Source: Pseudomonadota bacterium (GTDB lineage Bacteria; Pseudomonadota; Gammaproteobacteria; JAGOUN01). Taken from it: a stretch of 59,091 nucleotides of DNA. Of this stretch, positions 28,470 to 37,200 are shown piece by piece. The notes under the pieces are model-generated. The model saw nothing but the letters and a program-made list of their open reading frames with translations. It searched no databases and was not told the DNA's origin. The first letter of the stretch is position 1. Every line of letters begins with the position of its first letter. The stretch lies in NCBI GenBank assembly GCA_040389005.1, contig JAZKAS010000013.1, positions 18,073 through 77,163 of the forward strand. The letters are read 5' to 3'. A program made the position numbers and the translations under genes.

Positions 28470-30385
28470 AACTAGCATTTTGTATTTTTAAATATTTTCC
28501 TTACGGTGGTTTGCAACGTGATATGTTTCGCGCAGTAGAAATTGCGATTGCGCGTGGGCATGAAGTTGATATTTATACGATGAGTTGGGAGGGCAATGTT
28601 CCCGAAGGTGCAGCGATTAAAATAATATCAGCTCGTGGTTTTACCAATCATGGTCGCGCAGCATCGTTCGCTTCAACGTTGAAAAAAATATTTAATAATA
28701 TAGCATATAATCGTGTCGTTGGATTCAATAAAATTCCTGGGGTTGATATTTATTTCACGGGAGAAAATTGTTTCGCACAGCATCTGCAAAATAAATCTTT
28801 ACCCATTATGCATTATTTTCCTCGTTACCTTATTTTCTCTATGTTGGAGAAAAAAGTATTTGAAAGTAAGAGTGATACAAAAATATTATTAATTTCCCCG
28901 AGAGAACAAGAAATATATCAAAAATTTTACCATACACAAAGCGACAAATTTCATTTGTTATTTCCAGGCATAGAAAAGCGCTCTTTTTCTAATGAAGAGG
29001 CATTAAATGTAAGAAGTAGAATGCGAGATTTTTACAAGATTTCCGAAGAAAAAATTTGGTTATTGTTTGTTGCTTCTGATTACGCCCTTAAGGGACTAGG
29101 TCGAATACTTGAATCTTTTTGCGTGCTAGATAAAAAATACGCAGAAAAAATTGTTTTAACAGTCGTTGGACAAGATAAAAATGTTTCTTATCAAGAATTC
29201 TTAACTCAGCACAACATAAAAACACGAGTCGATTTCTTAGGGGCGTCAGATGCTGTTTATGAACTAATGAGTAGCGCAGATTTGCTAGTACATCCTGCTA
29301 AAGTAGAGTTGGCTGGGAAAGTATTATTAGAGGCCATTGTTAACGATTTGCCTGTTTTGACAACAGCGGTGTGTGGTTGCGCTTATTATGTTGAAGAAAG
29401 TTTTGGTGGACAAGTGTTGTCAGAACCTTTTTCTCAATCAGTGTTCACAAAAGTGTTAGAAGATATGTTGCAGCCTGACGTGTTGCGACAATATAAAAGA
29501 AATTTATTATCTTATCAGATTAATGAAGGTGTTTATCGATCACACCAGTATCTGGTTGATTGTATCGAAAATTTAAATTCGCATTGCATGCGTGATTTTT
29601 ATAGTGATGAATTTTTAATTCAACATATTCCTTCACGCAAGCAAGACTGTATAAATTATATTTTTTCTTTAGAAGGAAAAGTTTATCGGCAGGTAAAAAG
29701 TAGAAAGACTATTTCTACTACGATAGCAGGTAAAAATTATTTTATTAAAATGCATCGGGGAATTGGTTGGAGAGAGATATTAAAAAATATTCTTGCATTT
29801 AAGTCTGCAACGTTAGGTGCAAAACAAGAATACAAAGCAATTCGTGAAATGAAAAAAGCAGATATTTTAGTTCCTGAAGTGTGTGGCTATGCGACCGAAG
29901 GAATGAATCCCGCGAAAATAAATTCATTTATCGTCACAAAGCAAATAGATTATCAGTATGATTTAGAAAAATTCTGTCAGGATTGGATAGTTCGCCCACC
30001 TAATTTTTTGTTTAAACGACGGTTGGTTTGCCGTGTGGCGGAGATTGCCAGAAAGATGCATGCGGCTGGGATGAATCATCGTGATTTTTATCTGTGTCAT
30101 TTGCTTTTAGATGCCCGCAGTGAAAGTGACTTTGATCTTTATTTGATTGATTTGCATCGAGTGCAGGTTCGAAAAAAAGTGCCATTACGTTGGAAAATTA
30201 AAGATTTGTCCGGCTTATATTTCTCAGCAATGAATATAGGTTTGACTCGCCGAGATGAATATTATTTTCTTATGCATTATTACCAACTGCCTTTGAAATC
30301 GATTTTTAAAAAACATCGATTTCAATTATTCTGGCTTTATTTACGCGCAAAAATGCTTTATCGCCGTCATTATAATAAGTTATGA
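28466..30385 (+). CDS. Fusion protein: WaaG-like GT4 glucosyltransferase (N) plus WaaP-like LPS core heptose kinase (C)
   Basis: The N-terminal roughly 370 aa is collinear with E. coli WaaG (KYFP.GGLQRD, VVGFNK.PG.D.YF, LLEAI...LPVLTTAVCG.A.Y). The C-terminal roughly 260 aa is collinear with WaaP (YF.K.HRG....EI.KN, MH.AG.NHRD.Y.CH.LL, IDLHR.Q.R..VP.RW..KDL.GLYFS.MNIGLT.RD). No stop lies between the two parts. Confidence 0.85.
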   Translation: MKLAFCIFKYFPYGGLQRDMFRAVEIAIARGHEVDIYTMSWEGNVPEGAAIKIISARGFTNHGRAASFASTLKKIFNNIAYNRVVGFNKIPGVDIYFTGENCFAQHLQNKSLPIMHYFPRYLIFSMLEKKVFESKSDTKILLISPREQEIYQKFYHTQSDKFHLLFPGIEKRSFSNEEALNVRSRMRDFYKISEEKIWLLFVASDYALKGLGRILESFCVLDKKYAEKIVLTVVGQDKNVSYQEFLTQHNIKTRVDFLGASDAVYELMSSADLLVHPAKVELAGKVLLEAIVNDLPVLTTAVCGCAYYVEESFGGQVLSEPFSQSVFTKVLEDMLQPDVLRQYKRNLLSYQINEGVYRSHQYLVDCIENLNSHCMRDFYSDEFLIQHIPSRKQDCINYIFSLEGKVYRQVKSRKTISTTIAGKNYFIKMHRGIGWREILKNILAFKSATLGAKQEYKAIREMKKADILVPEVCGYATEGMNPAKINSFIVTKQIDYQYDLEKFCQDWIVRPPNFLFKRRLVCRVAEIARKMHAAGMNHRDFYLCHLLLDARSESDFDLYLIDLHRVQVRKKVPLRWKIKDLSGLYFSAMNIGLTRRDEYYFLMHYYQLPLKSIFKKHRFQLFWLYLRAKMLYRRHYNKL

Positions 30386-31108
30386 CAAGCCACGAATGAT
30401 ATCGGCATTCGTGTTGCTAGCTGCTTGTCCCAGTGCGCTAAATTGTTCTGATAATGATGTTGAGCTATCAAATTCAACGGCTACAATGCGTGTTTGAAAA
30501 CGTTCCCAGCGATAAGTGTTGCAGAGCAATAGTAATTGAAGATCAGTTAGATTGGTCATGGAAGATCGTGGTTTTGCAAGTTGAGGGTCAATAGATTCTT
30601 TGCGATCAAAATACTGCAAATCAAGTACTACAGCGATATTATTGGGCAGTGGCTTAGCTGAGGAATTGGGGGCGGATTCAAGTGTTAGCAATTCAGTGCT
30701 GTTGCCAAACTCAGAATCGAGCAATGCTTGAGCGGCATCTCCTCGTATTTTTCCAACGCGAAAGAGGTTTGCACGTAAAACAAGATTCGCTTCATCAAGA
30801 TTTTTAACTACTTTGAAAGATTTTTCTTGTAAGCTTTGTGTTAACCAAGGTTGAATATCAAAAGCATCCGTTCCTGAGTCATTTTGAATTGAGATATACA
30901 CGGTGCGTTCTTCTTTAGGAATCGGCGTGAGATAGATAAATGAACTTGCGCGTGTTTTTACTTTCAGCGGTTGAGCGTTAATGCTAATGTCAGATTCGTT
31001 GACTGTGGTCGGCGACGTGGGTTTAGATTTAGGCGGTGTTTGGCATGCAACCAACAAGCCCGCGCAAAGTGAAAGACCCAATATTTGCAGAGAGTATTTT
31101 TTTAACAT
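30380..31108 (-). CDS. TraT-like outer-membrane lipoprotein
   Basis: Lipobox LLVAC. The blocks KVKT....IYL.P....RTVY.SI.N.S and FQTRIV resemble TraT (EVKTQMSETIWLEP..ERTVFLQIKNTS ... YQTRVV). Confidence 0.55.
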   Translation of the reverse strand: MLKKYSLQILGLSLCAGLLVACQTPPKSKPTSPTTVNESDISINAQPLKVKTRASSFIYLTPIPKEERTVYISIQNDSGTDAFDIQPWLTQSLQEKSFKVVKNLDEANLVLRANLFRVGKIRGDAAQALLDSEFGNSTELLTLESAPNSSAKPLPNNIAVVLDLQYFDRKESIDPQLAKPRSSMTNLTDLQLLLLCNTYRWERFQTRIVAVEFDSSTSLSEQFSALGQAASNTNADIIRGLS

Positions 31109-31176
31109 AACTTGTAATACTTATTCAACCGTTGATGAAACGTAATTATATACTTCTCATGACAAGAGTAACAGTC

Positions 31177-31523
31177 ATGCCAATCACGATTCCTTGTCCA
31201 ACATCCCCCATCGATGCAAAAATTAGCATTCCTGGGTCAAAAAGTATCACTAATCGCGCCTTGTTGTTGGTGGCGCTTGTTGAGGGTGAATCTTTTTTGG
31301 AAAATGTGCTGTTTAGTGATGATACACTGAAGAAAGTGCTGCATTAACCGTTTATCCAGGAATGCCGGGTGCGGGTGTCGTAGAAACGTATTGTGATCAT
31401 CGTATTGCAATAGCGTTTTCTTTGATTGAGTTAAAAATCCCTGGAATTGTTATTGACGATTCAGTGTGCGTCAATAAAACATTTCCAGGATTTTTTGAGG
31501 TTATGAAAATTTTTTTAAACTAA
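31177..31523 (+). pseudogene. aroA: EPSP synthase remnant with a large internal deletion
   Basis: The N-terminal roughly 55 codons (ISIPGSKSITNRALLLVAL.EGES...SDDT) end at a stop at 31345-31347. A second frame encodes the family C-terminal end (TVYPG..GVVETYCDHRIAIAFSLIELKIPGIVIDDSVCVNKTFPGFFEVM). The total of 347 bp compares with about 1.3 kb for an intact gene. Confidence 0.85.
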
Positions 31524-31526
31524 AGT

Positions 31527-32855
31527 TTAAAGCTTTTTCTTCGGTCGTTTTTTCGTTTTAGGCTTTTGATTTTTTTTTATCTCATCCGTTAACATCTGTG
31601 TTTGTGTAACAGGGTCAACTTCTTGTAATCGTGTCCACCATGCTGCTTTTTCTTTGTATTCTGGATCAATTTCCGCACGCAATAATAAAAAATCATAAGC
31701 GGCTCTAAAGCGTGGGTGATCCAGTACTTCGAATGTTTTTTGCGTGACGGGGCATGTTAGGCGGAATTGTAAATGCCAAATATCACGGATCGCCATGACT
31801 AATATTTTAGGGATCGCAGTATTTTTTATTTGCGTTGTAATCACTTGTGATGCGGCAATATTGTTGGCTTGTGCTCTTGGCATTTCTGCGCTTAATTCTA
31901 GGGCTCTTTTTTTGTAAGTATGCCACAAGAAAATAGCAAATAAGAAAGCCGGTGTTACTTTTTTATCTTGTTTGACGCGCGCATCGGTATTTCGGCAGGC
32001 ATATTCAATTAATGTTTTTGCTTGAGGATTTTGTTCGATTGTCGCCACGGTTTGTGGGAACAATCGATGAAAAAGATGTTGTTGATATAAGAGATGAAAT
32101 GTTTTAAGTGCAGCGCCCGTATGAAATAATTTATAGACTTCATCAAATAATCGCGCATGAGAAATATCGTCTAACATGGGCGCCATTTTTTTGATGGGCG
32201 CCAGAGATTGTTTTTCGATGGTGAAATTAAGTTTGGCTGCAAGTCGCACAACACGCAACATGCGCACAGGATCTTCGCGATAACGTAATTTGGGGTCGCC
32301 GATTACACGAATAATTTTATTGTTGATGTCATCCATGCCATTAACGGCATCAATAATAGAAAAACCATCAATATTATAATACAGTGCATTGATAGTAATA
32401 TCTCGACGCCAAATATCTTCCTCTAATGTGCCGTACGTGTTATCACGTTTGATTATACCGCTGTCATGATGTTCTTGCGTACCATCGTCACTATCCGTGC
32501 CACGAAAGGTGGCGACTTCAATAATTTCACGACCAAAATGCACATGTGCTAAACGAAAGCGCCTGCCAATTAATCGGCAGTTGGTGAATAAATCCTTAAC
32601 TTGATGGGGGTGGGCATCCGTCACAATATCAAAATCTTTTGGTCTGAGGTTCAATAACAAATCGCGAACACCGCCGCCGACAATGTAAGCTTGGTATCCC
32701 GCTGACTTTAAACGATACAATACTTTCAGGGCATTGGGGCTAATATTCGCTCTGGAAATGGTGTGTTGTGAACGTGGAATAATACAGCGTGCATCAATTT
32801 TTTGTGCAGCGACTTTTTTTCTCTTGAAGAGAAGTTTCGCGAAAAATGCTTTAAT
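31527..32855 (-). CDS. pcnB: Poly(A) polymerase I; proposed AUU initiation codon
   Basis: Collinear with E. coli PcnB (GGGVRDLLL...PKDFD, RLAHV, RRD.TIN..YY, PVRMLR.VR.AAKL). The homology (IPR.QH.ISR..IS.NALKV.YRL) extends 45 codons upstream of the first ATG. AGGAG, 7 nt, then ATT lies at 32853-32855. Confidence 0.85.
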   Translation of the reverse strand: MKAFFAKLLFKRKKVAAQKIDARCIIPRSQHTISRANISPNALKVLYRLKSAGYQAYIVGGGVRDLLLNLRPKDFDIVTDAHPHQVKDLFTNCRLIGRRFRLAHVHFGREIIEVATFRGTDSDDGTQEHHDSGIIKRDNTYGTLEEDIWRRDITINALYYNIDGFSIIDAVNGMDDINNKIIRVIGDPKLRYREDPVRMLRVVRLAAKLNFTIEKQSLAPIKKMAPMLDDISHARLFDEVYKLFHTGAALKTFHLLYQQHLFHRLFPQTVATIEQNPQAKTLIEYACRNTDARVKQDKKVTPAFLFAIFLWHTYKKRALELSAEMPRAQANNIAASQVITTQIKNTAIPKILVMAIRDIWHLQFRLTCPVTQKTFEVLDHPRFRAAYDFLLLRAEIDPEYKEKAAWWTRLQEVDPVTQTQMLTDEIKKNQKPKTKKRPKKKL

Positions 32856-32965
32856 GGTTGAGCTCCTAAAAATCTGTTGATTGGTTCGTCAATACCTTTT
32901 AAATGGATTATACGCGAAAAATTATGCTACGCTAGCACACTCTGTTGTAATCCAAGAAATGCCGC

Positions 32966-34129
32966 ATGATTTCCTTGCCCCCGCCTTCTAGTGAAGCTCA
33001 GGCTCATAGCGAGCGCTTAACCGAGGTCTTGAAACAAGTCATCCAACAACACGGCTGGATTAGTTTCGCCGAATTTATGCATCGAGCGTTGTATGAACCT
33101 GGATTAGGGTATTATGTCTCAGGTAGTCGAAAACTCGGCGCAGAAGGGGATTTTATCACCGCACCGGAGATATCGTCGGCGTTTAGCGAGTGTTTGGCGT
33201 TACAATGTCAGCAGGTTTTTGATGCATTAGACACGAGATTGATTCTGGAGTTTGGCGCGGGTTCAGGCGCGATGGCGGCGGATATTTTATTAACACTCGA
33301 AAAAAATCAGCAACTTCCCCAGTCTTATTACATTTTAGAAGTAAGCCCCGATTTTCAAGAGCGACAACGCCAAACCCTTCAAGAAAAATGCGTACATTTG
33401 TTGCCCTTAGTTTCATGGTTAAGTGAATTGCCAAAAGCGTTTGAAGGGGTTGTATTAGCAAATGAAGTGTTAGACGCGATGCCGGTGCATTGTTTTGAGG
33501 TTCAAAATGGAAAAAAATTTGAACGAGGAGTTGTTTCTTGTGGTGAGAATTTTATGTGGAAGACAAGACTGGATCCCAGCCTTTGCTGGGATGACAGTAG
33601 CAAGGGCAACGACAGTCTTTTGTTGATGGATGATGGGTATGTTTCAGAAGTTTGTTTTGCCATAAAACATTGGTTAAAAGCTTTATACGCCTCAATGAAA
33701 CGCGGCGTTGTTTTATTGATTGATTATGGCTTTCCCGAGCACGAATATTATCACCCTGATCGTTATCAAGGCACATTAATGTGCCATTATCGACATCATG
33801 CTCACGCTGATCCGTTTATTTATTTAGGCTTACAAGATATAACAGCGCATGTTGATTTCAGCGCCGTTGCACGTGCTGCCGATCGCTGTGGATTTGAGGT
33901 TGCAGGGTATACGAATCAAGCAAATTTTTTAATGGCGCTGGGAATCCTTTCTAATACGCATCATGATTTATTGAATACACGACAACAATACACGCATGCC
34001 CAAGCCATAAAAAAGTTATTACTGCCTTCAGAAATGGGCGAATTATTTAAAGTGATTGCGTTGGCTAAAAAAATTAAAACTCCATTACTGGGGTTTCAAT
34101 TAAGAAACGAGATAGGTCGTTTGTACTAA
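32966..34129 (+). CDS. MidA/NDUFAF7-like SAM-dependent methyltransferase
   Basis: FMH.ALYEPGLGYY......G..GDFITAPEIS..F, followed by EFGAG.G. Confidence 0.8.
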   Translation: MISLPPPSSEAQAHSERLTEVLKQVIQQHGWISFAEFMHRALYEPGLGYYVSGSRKLGAEGDFITAPEISSAFSECLALQCQQVFDALDTRLILEFGAGSGAMAADILLTLEKNQQLPQSYYILEVSPDFQERQRQTLQEKCVHLLPLVSWLSELPKAFEGVVLANEVLDAMPVHCFEVQNGKKFERGVVSCGENFMWKTRLDPSLCWDDSSKGNDSLLLMDDGYVSEVCFAIKHWLKALYASMKRGVVLLIDYGFPEHEYYHPDRYQGTLMCHYRHHAHADPFIYLGLQDITAHVDFSAVARAADRCGFEVAGYTNQANFLMALGILSNTHHDLLNTRQQYTHAQAIKKLLLPSEMGELFKVIALAKKIKTPLLGFQLRNEIGRLY

Positions 34130-34291
34130 AAATGCCATTTTCTGGTCAAATTCAATTCAATTTAAGGCTTATTTGCCAAACAAATGCTTTTTTTTACAAG
34201 TGTTGTGCGTAAAATTTACAATCCTTCATGTCCTCTTAAGAATTGAGACCTATTATGAGAACCTAACAATAACCATAAAAAGGTAAGAATT

Positions 34292-37200
34292 ATGCAAGGT
34301 GATCGACGCAATAGTAACCCTCCAATCTCCTCGGAACAAGCTGCGCAGGAATCATCTGAGCGGAGGAGTAGCTATCTCAACGTTTCGGATTTGATGCGTC
34401 TTGAGTCTGGAAACGATTGTGAGGAAGCTGTTAAATCGCATGAAACAGGCCGCCTTACTTTATCGCAAGAAATATTAGAAAGCGTTGTTTTTCGACAAAT
34501 TGACTTTTATATAAGCTCACGAGAGCAAGGATCAAAGCTTAATAAAGATGAACACTGTTTTCCAGGTTTACAAAAACATAGATTAACGTGGAAAGCTTTA
34601 ACGAACGTATCAGATCCTTCCGCTTTTTATATAAAATTATTAAAGCTTTATCATGTTTGTGTTGCAGACTTACCTCACGCAGAAGCGACTGCGACGCTAG
34701 AAGCGCTCGAAAAAACAGAAAAAAAATCCCCACTTATTTTTAAGCGGCACTTTGAAAATAAATCTAAAAAGCCTACTCAAAATAATTATCTTTTTGATCT
34801 AATGGCTGCGATGTATCAATTGCAAAACGTAGTTTTTAAATCCTATATGAATGATATTCATAATCTTCGTCGACAGCTTATTGCGCAACAAGAAGAAAAT
34901 GATGCGGCTGATGTGTCAGCGGATATTGAATACAAAGCGGAGAAACAAAAGAGAAAACAAGAGCTAGTTAATTATAAGACAAGCCAAGAAGGCGTGATAC
35001 AGGGGCTCGAGCAAAGGAAATCGCAAGCATTAGCAAAGCTTTCTTTTGAATATACGCCCCGTAACTTCTTAGAGAGACAGCTGGTTGGATCGTATACAAA
35101 ACACTACACACAGGCGCTTGCAGACCTAGAAAGAGTAAAAAGGGCGTGTCTTGCCAAACACTTTACTCTTGATAATGCAGGCGTTTCTTATAAAGATAAA
35201 GATTTTACTGATTACGTGGAATATAGAAGAAGGCTTCAGGATTTTGAAACTTCGGATCAATTTATGAATTATAAGCATGAGGAAAAGGTTAACGATAATT
35301 ATATTCAGCAGCTACAAAAAGCAATAGCAGATAAAGGCAGGCAAGTTAATGATACGCTCGTGTTTTTCGGCGAGAGCTTGGTTAAGGAGAAAGCGAAGAG
35401 AAATGCAGACCTAAAAAGTTTAATGAATAAACAAAAAAAACTTATCAAAAGTGCTGTCAGACAAAATCCTGTAACGGAATTACCTCGATTAGCGCTTAAA
35501 GGCATGGAACAAGAGCTATTAGAGAGTAGTGGAGATCAGTTTCCTTCTCATTGGCTGGATTTAATACTTTCTGGTTTAGATGACTTCTATGAAGCCGTCA
35601 TGAAGGGTGAGTTTGCTTATACATTCACGCCAGGAACGATGATTTCTTCAGAGGTATCGGCAGAAAAATTTCCAGTAATGCTCTTAGTAAATGCGCCTAA
35701 ATTTAGCGAATGGTTTATGGCGTATCATGCTGCAAAAACAGATTCTCACGTGCTCAAGGCGAGGGAAGATGATAAGAAAGCGGTGCTTCGTAAAATATTT
35801 TTAGAGAAAATTAAAACTCCCAAAAACCTTAATGCGCTAAATGTTTTGTTGGGAAAAGAATTTCCTATCTATTCTGCTGCGCCTAAAAAAGATGGCGAAA
35901 TCGTGTTGGAAGACGATGAGGTAAATGAGCAAGGTGTTCAAAAAGAATCAGAGGCTTCCAATACAAAGAGTGTCGCTAGAGATGCAGAAAAAGCAATGAA
36001 AATGAGAGAAGATTCAGGCAAGGCGCTTAAATATTTTCATGTTAGGCATCATGTTGATCCGCTAAGCAAAACATTTTCTAATCTAGAGCTCGTGCAGTTA
36101 TGTATTGCTTTTTCAGGCAGTGAAGTGCTTCCGTCAACAGATTTCTCATTACTACCAAGTGAAAAAAATAGATATGCTGAATATACAAAAATAGCACGAC
36201 ATTCTATTGCATTAATTAAAAAAGAGATTAGTGATAAAGAATCTTCGCCCGCTGTTAATTACTGGAGAACGATGATGGCGGTGATGCATGATCGCGATTC
36301 ATTGCAATATTTTTTAAAACAAGATGCGACTAATCCGTTATATGGCGTGCTTCTCCGTTCAGGCGCCATAAAAGAAAATGATTTTTCTTTTATGCAGGGT
36401 GAGGACAACTTAAGAGCTAAATTTGCATTAGAACGCTTGTATGGTTCATTGTCACAAGAAAAAAGTATTACGCTTGAAAGTATTGAACATGCTTGCGCAT
36501 TTTTGTCACATCTTAAAGGTAAGCTTGAGATACCTGCTTGTGAAAACGCAGATGCATTTCAGCAGGCGATGAGTGCTAGAAAAGAAACGGAGCTAGATCT
36601 ATTAGTGATTGTTTCATTCGCAGATAGTATTTTTGCGCGTTATAAAGAATATGTGCGATTATCAACGCCTAAAAAGCGATCGTCTTTTACCTCCGCACTA
36701 TTTGGATCAAAAGAAGAAGTGATGCCCATTGAGCTTCCTGATTATTTGCGGCCACACCTAGAAGCAGCGCAGGCTTATCAAACGACATATCAGCAGCGGA
36801 AAAATTATCCTTCATTGCCGGTGAGTGCTGAACCTGTATCTTGTGAGAATACTTTGCTAGAGTTGCACGAGGAAAATAGGCTTAAAAACGAATCTGCTGC
36901 ATCTGAAAAGAAACTCAGCGTTGATGTGAGTAAAGAGCCAAAGACAACGCGGCCAGCGTTAGAAGAAAATGTAACTTCAATGAGATCAAAGACACCCCCA
37001 CCTCTCCCGTTTCCTAGCGATAGTGCTGTGAGCGTAGAGGCGAGTTCGAAGGGTGATGGTTATTCAAAAGACATGTTAAGTTCTGACAAATTAGAAGTGT
37101 CAACAGTGGTTCTTGCGAAGCCTGCGGCTTCACCAGTGCAGAGACAACCAGCGCCACCGCCACCGGTAACAGTGAAGGTTGGGGTTTCTGAGATAAGTTC

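Noticed and set aside
31132-31347. A 71-aa ORF listed as a possible small protein.
   Set aside because: Its sequence is the N-terminal end of EPSP synthase followed by a premature stop. It is treated as part of the aroA deletion remnant, not as a gene.
34130-34291. Search for known effector-regulator boxes (PmrA-type tandem TTAATATT, CpxR-type GTAAA direct repeats) upstream of the WCA gene and of the orphan genes at 7567 and 48822.
   Set aside because: Only a single GTAAAATTTAC palindrome and isolated half-sites were seen. There was no convincing match, so no regulatory claim is made.
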